Below are positions 23,901 through 37,566 of a stretch of DNA of 64,000 bases, piece after piece (the stretch's first letter is position 1; every line of letters starts with the position of its first letter). Source of the stretch: Camelus ferus (Eukaryota); the NCBI RefSeq assembly GCF_009834535.1, contig NC_045698.1, positions 560,001-624,000 on the forward strand. Direction: 5' to 3'. The notes under the pieces were generated by a model, which saw nothing but the letters and a program-made list of their open reading frames with translations, had not been told where the DNA came from and ran no database searches. The translations under genes and the position numbers were made by a program.

Positions 23901-26900
23901 GAGAGAGGGGCTTCTGACGGGACTTTCAGGAGAGAGCGGGTCCCCAGGGAGGCCTGCGGTGGGCTCCTCCCCGGAGCTCGGCGCCTCGGGCTCGGGTCTG
24001 CTCTGGGAGCCCTCAGCCTGGGAGGCGCAGCCCCCAGGGCCGCCCGCGACGCTGAAAGAAACGCAGCATCTATGTGCACACTTTAAAGGGCCTTCGTGCC
24101 TTCCCGAGTCACCGCGAGCTCGCGTCCCGCGGTGGCGGGTCCCTGCGACAAACACTGAGAGGAGCTTGTGCGTTTGGACGCGAGCTGAGGACGGGCCCTC
24201 ATCGTCTTCACAGACGGGCTTTCGGTTAACGCTCCTCCTGTCTCCCGTTTCCAAAGGCGTTTGGGGAGGCAAGTGTGTCGGCAGCAAGGCCCTGAGCCGA
24301 ACTTGCCAGAAAAGGGGGTTGTTCCCAAAAGTCAGGTTCCCTAAAGCAGACGTTCGTTCGTTCTAGTGCCGCCTGGCCGGACGCCGGGAAGCGCGTGAGC
24401 GCGGCCCGGCCTCCGGACCGCGGCTCCCCGCGTCCGCGGGCGCCCTGCGCGCATCTCGCCAGAGCACCGAGGACAGGCCGTCCCTCTGGGCCCGAGGCTG
24501 TGTCGTGCCTGTGGGGCGGAGTGGGCAGGACCGGCCCTCGTTCCAAAGTGTTTCGCAAGCCTTTCCCTCAAGATTAGACCCTGGGCCACTGGTAGGGTTT
24601 CAAATCTGAACTGGAAACAGATTTGTTGTTTCTGCTTTGATGAAGTTCTGCTGTTTTGTGGGGCTTTGAAGTTTATTTATTGTCCTCAAATTGCATTAAT
24701 TATTTTTGTGCTTTGTACTTCTGTTCTTGCCTTTAAGGCTTTGCGAAGGGCCCAACATACCCGTAGAGTCAGACAACTCAAAGGAACGGATCCAACAGTC
24801 ACTTTTAATTGACAGCAGAATGTGGCATCAGCTTTTGACAAACTTGCACGCTATGGTTTAGAACTAATTTAACCTTCCCTTGAAGCTGGAGTTCAAAGCC
24901 TCGCTCACGCTTGACGTGGCATTTTCCTGAGGAGAATGTCTGATTCCTAGTTTGAGACAAGAGCCTGGGTCTTGAGCGAGGCCCCGTATTACTTCCATAT
25001 GAAGGGGCAGAACTGGAAGGACGGGGCTTCGGACTCCCGGCAGGTTTTCCAAGACCAGTGACAACTGTCTTTGGTTTGTGTCCTCTCCGACTGCCACCTG
25101 GCCGGGGGCGTGTGCAGAGCACGCCCCTCACCTGGGTCACAGGGTGGCCATAATGGCAGGCCCCTACCCCAGCGGGGCCGGGTCGGAGCCCAGCACCCCC
25201 GCCGCCCTCACTGCGGACGCCTCCCGGGCCTGCACAGAGCAGCCCTCTCGCCCTCTTGCCCTCTCACTCCTCTGTCTGGCTCCTTTCTTTGCTCCTTTCT
25301 CAGCGGTTCCTGGGGCGCCTGCTGTGGGGGTGCTTCTTCCAGGCCCTGAGGGCCCAGCAGGCAGATGAAGGCCCTGCCCTCAAGAGGGGCCGTCCTCCGG
25401 GCGACACAGTGAGCGCAGACCGTGTCCTGGGTGCTGGCCGAGGCCCACGTGGGCTGGAGGAGGGGAGCAGGGGGTGATCCCCCCACGCAGACCCCAGGAC
25501 GTACAGGACGTATCCGGGAGGCAGCCCCCGGAAGCAGCAGGGGTCTGTGTGTCCCAGCAAGGACAGGAGGGGGTCTTCATTGTCTCTGCCCTGGGGCCGC
25601 TGACCTGCACTTCAGGGCCACGCTGCCCTGGGCCTGGGCACAGCCGTCTGGCGATGCTGAGCATGTCTACGTGTGCGGCGTCTATTCAGCGGCCGGGAAA
25701 GCAGGGCCCAGGGGATGGGGTGCATCCACATTACAGCCCCTGAGCAGAAACCGAAGGCCTGTGGGACCCGGCCCGTGGGCTTCTTGGGCAGAGAAGCCCT
25801 GTCCCGAGCAGGACCAGCTGGGTGGGCTGGAGGGAGCTGGGGCGGGTGGGCGGCGAGCCAGGGCTGTGAGCCCAGGCTCCAGCTCTTACCGGGAGCGGGG
25901 AGGAGCCTCGGGGTTTGGTCGGGGGTGTCTGGGCCTGACTCTTAGTTTTAAGGACCCTTGGCTCCTGTGGAAGACACACTGTGTGGGGGCGTAAGAGCCC
26001 AGGGCAGCTGTCGGGGCCTGGAGGGGCTGCAGTGAGGGGCCCGGGCCCGGCAGGGTTCGAAGGCAGAGCTGAGAGGACTGTTGACAGCTTGGATGGAGCG
26101 TGAGGGGACGGCCAGGACGACTCCCAGGACGTCGTCTGGAGGGGGAGGCTGCTGCCGCGGGGCGGGGAGACGCGGTGGTGGACATGCTGGGGGGACACCA
26201 GGGCGGGTGTCCTGGGAACTCACGTCTGTGGTCCCAGCAAGAGGAGCCAAGGGTGTCACGTGACCTGTGGGCCAGGAGGATGGCACCTGTCCCTGGACGC
26301 ACCCCCCTACAACCCCAGAGCAAAGGCCTGGGCATGCGGGTGCCACGGCTGGGGACAAGGAGTAGTGGTCAGCAAGGAGGAGGGGAGCGAGAAGAGGGGC
26401 GTCCAGCCAGCCCGGGGGCCTGCACCCATCAGCCCCTCAGGTCTTCAGACACTTCCAATGTGTCAGGATGCGTCCTGGCGCCTTTCAGTCGTCCGCTCGC
26501 TCCGCCTTCCCCTTCCCTGTCCTCGTGTCTGCCTGCGCTCGCACGGACAGCACACACTCAGCCTGGGCCGACCCTGGTCTGCCCGTCCCAGGCCCCCCCT
26601 GTCGACAGCACTGGAGTTTTATCCTGTGTAAGTGTGTGTGTGTGTGTGTTTCTTTTCTTGGCCTTAGTGTTTCCTTAAGACAACAACAAACTTTATCAAG
26701 ATATAGTTTAAATCTTTCTTTTCTCTCTTCATATCTCACACCTTTTCTTGGGTTTGTTCCTTTTTATTTTGAGGTTTTCACTGTGGGTTTTGTGGGCAAA
26801 TCTTTTGAAACCTTGTAAGAGCAGTTTCCTTACAGCTTCAAAGCAGTTTGCTCTTTTCAGCCGTTGTGCACCTGCCAGCTCTGCTTTCTTCTTGTTTCTT

Positions 26901-27139
26901 CTTTTCCCTGTTGGCGATGTCTTCCCTTAATCTGAAGGGCGGCTGTCGTGTTTATTTCAACTACCTTGTCTCCACTAACACCTCTGCCTCAGGTGCTACA
27001 AGTGCCCTAGCTTGTGGCTTTTTCTTTGGTGATTTTTAAACTTTCTGGTGTTTAGATTCCTCGACTCAGAGCTCACCTCCCCCGAGAAGTGAAATAAGCA
27101 GGCTCTGGAGGAAAACATACCATCGAAAGCCTCAGTCTC

Positions 27140-30100
27140 CACGCATGGCATCCAGAACACACTCAGAATTTCCAAGGACGAAGCGGCCGAGCGCCAAGAA
27201 ACAAAGAGGCAGTGTAAACAGAATCAGACGTGAACAGACATCGAGCTTACCAGACATGGGTGTTAAATAAACTGTTTTCAATCCTTCTCTGCCAGTTTTT
27301 AACAATTAAATTAACTGGTAATATATATACAGAAATGTGACAAGATGGACAATTTCACAGGAGAACTAAAAAGATTCTTTAACTCAGTGGAAACACTAGA
27401 ACTAAAATCTGCGTTAACTGAGACTAAGCCCTTGACGGGTGGGTTTGGTGACGGGTCAGGGCGTAGAGCAGAGGCCAGGGGACCAGCAGAGTCAGCAGAA
27501 AACACCGCAAACAGTTGAGTGAGCGCTGAAAGGATGGAAACAGGAGTACCTGCACAGAGGGCGCAGGAGAACGGTGCGAAGCTGTGGCACACACAAGGGA
27601 GCCCCAGAGAGGAGAGCATGAGGGGCCTGCAGCGCTGGGGGGCGCACTTGCCGAGAAGCTTCCCAAGCCAGGAAAGGACATCAAACTGTCTGTTTGTGAA
27701 AACCTACAAACGTGAAGCAAAACAGACACAAAGGAAACGGCACCTGGGCGCCCGGCACCCAAGGGTCAAAAATAAAAGCCGAGGAAAATTGTGAACTAGG
27801 TGACAGGCAGCTGACATCCCCACAGAGATGATGGGAGCTGGGAGACAACTGAAGGATCTTTTTTTTTTTTTTTCATTTTTTGGGGGGTTGGTAATTAATT
27901 TTATTCATCTACTTATTTAATGGAGGTAGCAGGACTTGATCCCAGGACCTCATGCATGCCAGGCATGCACTCCACCACTGAGCTATACTCCCCACCCCAG
28001 TGGATTTATTTAAAATCCTGGGGAAATAACAGCTCACCTAGAATTCTCTGTCCAGTTAAAGTGCTTTTGGAAAGTAAACATGAAGTCAGGTTGTATTCAA
28101 ATGAACAAAAAAGTGGGAGCATTTGTCAACAGCGATTTTCACCAAAATAAACGTGAGAGAAAACTTTTCAGGCAGAAGATAAATCTTGGTTTTTTAAAGC
28201 AAGAAAATGAGGAATAGAGAAAAATAGAAAGGGAAAAGAGTGTGGAGAAACCCAGATGGCTACTGACTGCAACAGTAACAATAAGGCCTCTTACAGAACT
28301 CACTGCACCTGAAGCCGTGCTGCAGAGCCACGGCACAGGCCGGCGGGCTCGAGGGCTGACGCCTGCTTGCCTTACCCCGCCCGCGAGTGAGCACTGACGC
28401 TCCTGTACCAAGGGCGCGTGTGGAGAGGTGTTAAGAGAATAACAGAAAACAGCTTTGGGGGAAATCATAAGAGATAGCTGATTAGTCAAAGTCTAGCAGA
28501 GAGAGGTTTTAGAGGAATAGAGGAGACCACTGGAAAGCCAAGTGTAGCGTGTTAAGTTTGACACAAGTGAGCCATTAGCTACACCAGAATAACGTCCTCG
28601 TGATTTCGTTAAGTCAGTACAGTATAGTGATTCTCTAATTAGAAGATGAAGGTTTCAGGCTGAGTTACACACAAAAATCAAACCAACGTTCCTCCAAAAG
28701 ACATGCACATGTTCACAGACAAACGTGAAAGGACGGGGAACACTGTACCACCAGAGACAAAACCCGGCAGAAATGCTGAGGATTTGAAAAACACAATAAA
28801 TAGATTTGAGCTGAGTGACAGGCACAGGCCCTGCTTCTAACAGGCGACTGCAGTGTGCACTTTGTTACAAGTGCACAAAACTGTGACAAAAAGATACATG
28901 GGGGAAATTTCCAAATGTTTGAAAACAAAGTCGTAAACTTATCAATGATCCATTAGTCTAGGAGACGTCTCAGTGGAAATTAGGAAGTGCTTTGAATTGG
29001 ATGATGATGAGAATATGAAGTATAACCACTTGTGTGATGTGGTTACAGCTGCACTGAGAAGACAATGTGTGAGTTTCAGTGCTAATATTAGGGGAAGTAC
29101 TGAATATCAAAGAGCTAAGTACTTGACTCAAGAATCTGGAAAAAGGACAGAAAACTAAACAAGTGCACTCAATAAATTAGAATGAAGTCATGATAAAATC
29201 AGTCATTAACAAACTGTAAAGCATACATGAGAAAAAAACCAATAGCCAAAGGCTATTTGTTTGAAATAGAATAATAAAAATAAAATAATAAATTCCTAGA
29301 AAGTTTGATCAAGTGGACAATCGGGAGGCACAATTAGCAATGTCACAAATGAGGCTGAGACATCACTAGGCACCCTACAGACACCCAGTCATGGAAGGAT
29401 ACGCTGAACAATTTCTGCCAATAATGGTGACAACTTAGATGCACTGAGCAAATTCTGAAAAATGCAACTTGCCAAAACTAATACAGGAAAAAATTTAAGT
29501 CTGAATAATCCTACTAAACACGTTCCCACAAAAACTCCACATCCAGTTGACTTCGCCAGTAAATTCTTCCAAATGTTGTGGAAGAAATGACATCGGTCCT
29601 ACATGCACTCTTCCGGGGGAGAAGAAAGGAGGTGAGGCTTCACAGCGTGATTTAAGAGAACAGAATGGCCCCAGCACCGACCTCTGTAAGCAGGTGGCAG
29701 GGCGGCAGTCTCTGACACGAGCGCGGACACGGATGTGTGCGTGAACTCGGGAGGGCGCAGTCAACAGGGTGGAGAAAGACACTCGAGACTCGCAAGGACA
29801 GCAAAGCATCGACGAGTAAACCAGCATAGGCCATGGGCAGTCGGACACAAGCAAGACACGCTGCACGCGGGCGAGCCCCGGGGACATCCCGCCGACACCG
29901 TGTGGCCGTGCTGACACGAGCTGCGCAGGGCGTCAGAGCCCCGGAGACGGAAGGCAGGAGGAGGTGTCGGGGGCCGCGGGAGGGGACGGGGACTTACTAT
30001 GCAATGGAGTCGGGTGTCAGCTTCGCAGGCGGAGGAGAGTTATGGAGATGGATGGTGGTGATTGTTGCCAGCATTTGGAATATACTTAATGCCACTAAAT

Positions 30101-30400
30101 GTACACGTGACATTGTTAAGATGGTAAATTTTGTTATGTGTATTTCACCACGATATTTTTAATCGGAAAAAATAAGGGGAAATAGCTATGGAAGGAGAGG
30201 AAATATGTAAAAATCAGGCTTCATTCCTTCTCCATCTAAATCAGTGTAAGCCTCTGTCACGTGGAGACCTTTACAGGAAAGTGTACTTTACCCAAAGGAA
30301 ATTGAAGACATATAAACTTTAAATAGACTCCTTTCCATAGAAAAATTAGTGGAATTTGTCAAAGACCTGCATCTGAAAAAAGTCACCAGACCTGTTCTTT
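27140..30400 (+). mobile_element. Cluster of old LINE-1 fragments (ORF1, ORF2 and an L1MB-like 3' end at ~29900-30170)
   Basis: A-rich; ORF1-like ACCTAGAATTCTCTGTCCAG, ORF2-like GGAAATTAGGAAGTGCTTTGAATTG and ACATCACTAGGCACCCTACAGAC, 3' end TGGAGATGGATGGTGGTGATT...ATGGTAAATTTTGTTATGTGTATTTCACCAC. Confidence 0.8.
27859..27993 (-). mobile_element. tRNA-derived SINE (Vic-1-like), antisense, nested in an L1 ORF1 remnant
   Basis: Reverse complement reads GGGGAGTATAGCTCAGTGGTGGAGTGCATGCCTGGCATGCATGAGGTCCTGGGATCAAGTCCTGCTACCTCCATTAAATAAG followed by poly(A) (plus-strand T run from 27859). Confidence 0.88.
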
Positions 30401-33374
30401 AAATGGTTTCAGAGCAGAGACTAGGAATAGAAAATTCTGGATTCTCTTTATGAATTGCTTAGAACATCAATGCCAAAACCCAGAATGCACCAAACACAAA
30501 GCAACAGGCCAATCTCGCACCATAAACGCTGACGCGGAAGTCTGTCTAACATCTTGGGTGACAGGGTCCAACAGCACGTCAGAGAGCGACAGCTGCCGGC
30601 CAGACAGGGCTTTCTCCACGACGACCGGACGTCGGGGCCCGTGAACGCCGTCACACGTGCTCGAGGGCTGGAACCCCGTCTGGCATCTTTCAGGGACAAC
30701 TTGTGTTTTTTGTAAAAACGGGGGCAGGCTTGTGTTTCCTCGTATGTGACTGAGAAGGACCCCCCCACCTGGAAGCACACACCTGTCGCCTCTGGAAGGC
30801 GTGGGCCTGGGAGAGACTGGGGGGGGTTCCACTCTATACCTCTCTGTATATTTGCTAAACCACACGGATATGTTACTTATTCAAAATTGTTACCTAAACA
30901 AATAATAGCCACACCGACCTCTGCCGACCGTGCAGCCGAGAAAGCAAAGATTAGACGCCAACACGCTCAAGAACCAAAGTAGAAGAGGGACGTTCCTGGA
31001 AAACTAGGGGACGCCAAAATCAGTGCAAGAAGGCACAGGGAACGGAATCGTCCGGGACCTGCCGAGAGCTGGGGCCGCAGCCGGAGCTGGAGCCCTGCAG
31101 CCCCAGCCCACCGCCCGGATCAAGTGCCTCTTCTGTGGGACGCCGCACAGAGGCCGCGTGCTCCCGCGGGACCAGGAGGAAAGGCAGGCGGCCCCCATCC
31201 CCACCCGGTGCCGAACGGGCTTTGCAGGGTCCTGCCCCCAAAGAGCAGGGCAAGCCGCTGGGAGTGTGTGGACGCGTAGAATCGTCTGCAGAGATGCCTC
31301 AGGGTCAGTCGACAAGCTGGCCTCACCCAGGCCAAAGTCAGGCTGACGGTGTGGCCCGCCGCGCCAGCACCAGCCTTTCACCCGCGAGAGAGAGCAGGGA
31401 AAGACCGCCCGAACGGACCGGAAGAGGGGTGTCCTCGCTGACACTGCCCCCGCGGCCAGGCGTGGCCCGAGGACGGGGACCAGCCACGTGCCAGAAGGGG
31501 GGCGCTGGGCCCCGGGAGCCGTGTGCGAGCTGCTCGGCCTGTCGGTGCCCTCACAGCACCGCAAAGAGGGCCGCGGGGCGAGGTCCACAGGGGTGCACGG
31601 TCCTTACAGCTAACACGCCTGAGGGCAAGCCGTGCCTTCTCGCTCTTCCTTCCTAGGGCTTCCCTGACTACTACTGGATACTCTTTTCCAGATAAACTTA
31701 AGAATTATGTTTTCACAAGTTTCCAGAAATGACCGCTGGGACTAACTTTATGGGCCAGTTTGAAGGATGCTCAGCTGGACAAAGCGTTCCACCTTCTCCT
31801 GTGGCCTCAGGAAAATTTGTCGTGTTTGTCTCACTGAGCGGTTTGTAAAGCTGGGCACCGTGTGCCTTCAAAACCCTTATGACGGGGTCTTCGCTGCGCG
31901 TCTGACAAGTCACGTTCCCCCAGGGCCCCATCACACACAAGCGAAGGCCTGTGCGCTGGCCTCTGAGCCTCCTTTCCAGCACCTGGCTCTCCAGGCAGGT
32001 GGGCTGGGCCTGCCCCTGTCCCAGACACCACGTCCTCCAAGGGTCAGGGCTGCCCCACGGCTGCCCCCATGGCCCAGGGCTCACCCTCAGCAGGTAGCTG
32101 CGTTTCACACTGCGAGGCTGTTCGGGCATCACATCTCTTCGAGACTCTTTGTCCATGAGGTCCCTGGGCCAAGGGCAGGAGGGGACACTAAACTCTCGCT
32201 CAGGTTGGCTGGGCACCTGGGTGGTGGTGAGAGGGACTCAGACTCAGAAATGAGGAGCCCACACTCCCCTCTTCGGGAAGCACCTGTCGGTCGCAGGGAC
32301 CAGGTGTAGCTGTCGGGGCCCCAGCGTGGGGCAGAAGCGGCCTCCCGGGTGGCCAGGCCAAGGCCACAGGCGAGGTTGGCTCAGCTCAGCCGCCCGCGCC
32401 TGGTGGACAACGCGGACCAGGTAACAGGCTGCGGGGCCAGACACCATGGACCCCCGGACCCCAGTGCCCATGGGGCCCCACGGGCGGCTCCAGGCAGACT
32501 TCTCTCCCGCACTTGCTTATTGCTCACACGGTCATCAATGTGCAGGCGCTGCCTCCCGCGGCGAGTGTGACAGACGCCCGGCTCCGACCCCCGTCCACTT
32601 CCCCCGAATGTCTGTCTGCGAGGCGCCGGGGGCGCCTGGCCTGCACGTCTAGCCTCTGCTCTGTGTGGGCGCGGCCCCGGTGCTGCAGGGCCCCAGCCGC
32701 CCCCGAAGATGAGACGAGCTGAACGGTCCCGCTTCCTTGACGTGTTTCCTTTTCCTCTTGACTTTTGTAGGAACCGTTTCTTGTGACTGCAGTCGAGATC
32801 TAATAAACACCCTCGGCCAAGGGAAAGGCCACTGCTCCCATGGGGCTGCGGCTCTGGGGAGGGAGGTCGTGCCGGACGCATCTGCAGGAGCAGCGAAGTC
32901 GGGAACGTCTTCGAATAGAGGATTTGATTGTGTCTCATTTATTTCTCTTGTGCTGCCTTGGCTGGTGAGCCTCGTCAAACGCTTTCCTGGAAAACAATGC
33001 ATTCTTCTCTCCCAGAGCACTCTGGACGTCCCCGTGGCTCAGAAAGGGCCCTCTGTGGAGCCTGTGGGCGGCGGGCGGGGGTGGGGGCGGGAGGCCGCGG
33101 GGGCGGGAGGCCCGCCGGAGGGGCAGCCGCCGGGCCCAGTCTTCCCGGGCTCTCTCACAGACCCCACCAGCCCGTGTGTCTGGCCCTGACTCTCACTGTG
33201 CATGGTGGCTGGGTGGCCTGGGCCCTCGGGGCGGCCTCCGGTCCCCGGCACCTTCGGCTCTGCCCGCCTGGGTGGCTGCGGCCGGGCAGCAGGGACAGTG
33301 ACACGGAACAGAGCACGTGAGGTCTGCAAATAGTGGAGACTTTCCAGTAGCTGGTGCGAATGGTCCCCAGAGTA

Positions 33375-33600
33375 CGCACATGGGAGAGAACGGGAACCCT
33401 GACCCGCGCTGCTTGTCAGAAACAAAAATTTAAAGTGGATCACAGGCCTAAATGGGGACTCGAGAAACAAACCTCTGGAGGAAACAGGAACGTGTCCTCA
33501 TGACCCGGAGGCAGACTTCTCAACCAGGACAGAGGAGCTGTGTTCATGAAAGAAGAGAGGGGTCAACCGGGCCTCAGTAAGGTTGAAAGTGTCTGTCTGT
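33375..33600 (+). mobile_element. LINE-1 ORF2 3' fragment
   Basis: AAAAATTTAAAGTGGATCACAGGCCTAAATG...CTCTGGAGGAAACAGG...CTCATGACC resembles the L1 segment encoding KWIKDLN...LLEEN. Confidence 0.65.
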
Positions 33601-34634
33601 CCATCCGAGACACCAGGGGAAAGTCCAGTCGCAGCCCGGGAGACGTGGCAGGGACACTCGGGTACGACGTGGGGCAGTGCCCGGGGCCGCCAGGGACTCT
33701 TGCTCCAGAGCTGGGCAGACAGATGCCGGAAACCGGGCCAAGGGCCCGAACCAGCACTTCCCAAGGGGGCTTTCCAGCGACAGGAAGGGGCTCAGTGGGC
33801 TGGTAAGCAGGGAGACACAGCTCAACCTGTGACAGCCGACTCTGCAGAGGCCACGTGGCTGGGGGACCCAAGGGGCGAGGACACAGGGCCGCAGGAGGGA
33901 GGGGGAGAGCCGCTCCAGCGGGAGGCTGCCCGGTGGCGTCTGCCCTGCTCCCCGCACGCCCTCCCCTCGGCCCCGCTCCTGCCCACGGCTGGCGGCCTCA
34001 GCGGGGAGTTCAGAGGGGGCCCTCAGACCGGCTTGCGGGGTCTGGAAGCAGCACTGACAACAGCGCCAGGCGGAAACTGGAGCGAGAATGCAGGGTGCGT
34101 GCGGGGGCAGCAGCACCAAATCTGCGGGGCGCCTGGGCCCCGAGGGGTCTAGTGGGCGCTGGCTGGGAGGGGCCTCCGGGGTGGCTGGCACCGTGGTCCT
34201 TCTCAGTTTAATCAAACTGCAGTTGGAGCCCCCTTGCTTCTGAACGTTTACACCACAGTTTCAAAGGATAAACAGACACACATTGTTTGCTGGTCCTTCT
34301 CCGATGCGAGTAGCCCATCCATTCCTGGAGCAAAAACCACAGGTGTGTCTGGGTGAGGCTGGTGCCTCACGGAGGACGTGGGCTGCTCCTGGCCCCGATT
34401 CACTCCCTCGGGTTAAGAGAGATTGGGAAATAAAACACCAGGCAAAAACGTTCTCAGGGGCACACACTCAACTGCCATTCCCAGATCTTGGCTTCCAGGG
34501 ACGCAGGTAACCAAGTGCCCAGGTGCCCCAGAGCTCCGTGCAGTGTCCCCGTGTCTGTGCTGAAGGAGCCTTCCGCCGAAGGATGGCTCAGCCCACACGG
34601 CCAGCCTGCAGTGGGCCCGCACTGGCCCTCACCA

Positions 34635-34750
34635 CTGTCTCTCCCTCTGACTCTGTCTCTCCCTCTGTCGCTCTGTCTCTTTGTTGCTCTGTCTCTCTGT
34701 CGCTCTGTCTCTGCCTCTCCCTCTGTCGCTGTCTCTGACTCTGTCTCTCC
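34635..34750. repeat. CT-rich simple repeat (CTCTGT-like units)
   Basis: Directly visible imperfect CTCTGT/CTCTCT iterations. Confidence 0.85.
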
Positions 34751-35489
34751 AGGACCCGCCTGACCCCTGACTCACCACAGCCACTCACACGCCGTTCTGG
34801 AGACGCTGGGCAGGACTGACTGCTCCGGGATCCACAGTGCAGGTGTGGGTGAGGTGAGAACGGGGATGAGGTCCAGCAGGAGGAGCCCCACTCAGGAGAG
34901 AGAGGTCTGCTCCCGGCTGATGTCCCAGCAGAGCCCCCTCCCCAGCTCCGTGCGTCTCGGGGGCAGCGCTGGAGCTGGGGCCCGGGTCCAGCCCCCAGCG
35001 GTCAGAGAACCAGCCCAGTGCTGGGGGTGCAGCTGCCAGACGGCGGGGTCGACCGGGTGCCCGGCACTGATGAGGAACACCAGCCCTGACCCTCGGACTT
35101 CGGCGGAGAAGTCTGGTGCTCACTCCCTTTTACCTCTGAAGCTAAATGAGCGATCAAACCGCACCCCGCCCCCGCCCCCGCCCCCGCCCAGGCCATGCAG
35201 CTCAGCTTCCCGGACTAGTCTTTAAAGAACGAGGCCCCTCCAGGCAGCTCCCTGGTGCCCCTCTCCTCGGAGTCCCCCTTTCCTCTGCCCTCCCTGCTGG
35301 GGGCTGCCCAGTAGAGCTAGTCAGTTACCTTAGAACCAAAGCGTTGAGGACTAGTTAGCCAGCTAACCAGTCCTGTGGGTGAGACTCTGCTGCCAAGGGA
35401 CTCTGGTCTGGAATCAACCCTAGGCTGATTTCTTGGAGCCAACGATCCCCGGGGGAGGGGCGCTACCATCCGCCTCCCCTTAAACTTGT

Positions 35490-35890
35490 ACTTTTTAAAA
35501 ATTTTCCCCATCTATTAAAAAACATGTGTTTATTGTAAAAAAAATTTTTTTTAAGTTCAGAACTGAAAAAAAGCCCCCCATCCTTCTTCTAATAGAAGTA
35601 ACTTCTGTTAACGATTTAATATGCGTCTTTCCAGACACACCCCACGCAAATCAGATAGAATTACTTTTGTACAAATAGGATCATAGCAAAAATATGTTCT
35701 GAAACTGGCTACGTCTTTCTCTCAACAGTAAGTCTGGGGCGGATGTTCTTTCTCCGAGTCTGCTCGGGTCCTGGCCACTTGAAGGCTGCGCGGCGTCCCT
35801 CAGGCGGGAGTGGTGACTACTTGTTCCCGCTGGGGCACGTGAGGCTGTTTCCAATTATTTTATCTTTTTAAAAGCAGGGCTGTGATGACG
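35490..35890 (-). mobile_element. L1ME-like 3' end, antisense
   Basis: AT-rich island with ACATGTGTTTATTGTAAAA, GTAACTTCTGTTAACGATTT, ATAGGATCATA and GGCTGTTTCCAATT, typical of reversed L1ME 3' ends. Confidence 0.6.
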
Positions 35891-37566
35891 CCACAACCCC
35901 CACCATGTGCACACATGCACGCACTCGCACGCACACACACACCTGTGCTCATCCCTGAGGCGTCTGCAGGAAAGGCTCCCATGAGTGGCACACCCACCCC
36001 AGGGGACCAGCCCCGGCCTCTCTGTGTTGAGTCTTGGGCCTGACGAGGTCATCGGGTTCCCAATCAAACGTCCCCTGGGACAAGCCCGCCCGCTAAGAGA
36101 AGTGGCTGCCGAGCCCAGGGCACCTTCTTTCTCCTTCACGTCTTGTCCGGCACTCAGCCTCACCCACCACCGGCATCCACGGTCGTCAGAGTTCAGAGCC
36201 AGGCTGAGGGCGCTGGTCTCCAAGGGGCAGATGAGGGTGAGGCCCAGCCCAGCTCCAGCCAGGGCTCAGATCCCACGGGGCCGATGACTTCGCGACGCCA
36301 GCCATCGGACCTCAACCTGCTGGCCAAACTCCATGCAAATTCATTCCGGGCAGCAGGTCCCAGTCTCCGTCAGGATGGCATGGTGACCACGATCACCCTG
36401 GCCTGGGATGGACCCAGCAGGTCTCAGGGGCAGGCCCTGGCCACACGGCCAGGTCAGGAGGCTTTGAAATGGGGAGGCTCAGGGCCCTCAGTGGGCCACT
36501 CACTGGGAACTCCTCGAAGCGGTGCTGGCAGGCCCCGTTCCTGTGACCATCCAGCAGCCCACGTGGCCTACAGGGTGTGGAGCTGGGCCGCGGCCCGCGC
36601 GGACTAGACCGGGTGTCACTTGCCTCCCTGCTGCTCGCAGGAAGGAGAGGGCGGTTCCCGCAGCCTGCTTGTCGGGACATTTTGGCCACGCTGGAATCAG
36701 CGCTGCCACTCCAGCCTTGCGGTCATCCCTCCCTCTTTTCTGCCTCTATTTGCAAGTTCTTCCAGGGCAGCCTTGCCCAGTGGTTCCCAGAAACTGGCCC
36801 CCAGGCAGGGGGAGCCCATAACCAAGTTGTCCTCCGTCTGCTGAAGACAGGAAAAGGGCCCAGAGGAAGAGGGGCTCCTTGTGAAGGTCCGAGGGCATCA
36901 CGGAGGCACTGTCCCTCATTCTGAGACAGTTCTACTCTCTCCAGGGCACTGAGTGGCCGCAGCGACTCTGCACCGCACATGGAGGGCGTCCCCGGGGCAG
37001 TCCAGGGCATGGGACCCCTGGAGCCTCCACCCACCACGGGGCGGCCTGTCCCTTCCCTTCAACACGGGCATCTGACAGCCTCAGAGGACAGAAGGCAGCA
37101 CGGGGACCCGCCCGACTTCAGGGCCGGGCCAGGAAAGCCCCACCTCCCCCGGGACACGCCAAGAGCTTCCCCAAAACGTTCTGGTGTCCTGAGGAGGGGA
37201 CGTGGTACTTGGAGCCCACTCCCCCGGGTCCCTGTGCCGTCAGCCCCGATGGAGAAACGAGCACAGGAGGGCGTGGCTCTGGCCACCCCTTGTGTCTCCT
37301 GAGAGAACACGTCAGCCCGTGACTGTCAGAAGCACTTCCCACACGCCTCTCTTCCCCAGAGGCTGACGTCCACTTGCAAATCGCCCGACAGCTCCCTGAC
37401 ATGACTCGAGTGAGCCCAACACGTCCAGTTCCCACCGGGGAGTCACGTGGGGGTACATTCATGATGCGGCAAAAACTCATCTTCTTAGAAGAGCCTCAGG
37501 TCCCCTTGGACCAAGGCATCCCTGAGCATTTAAAATATTCAGTTCATAACTCTTCTATTGGCCACA

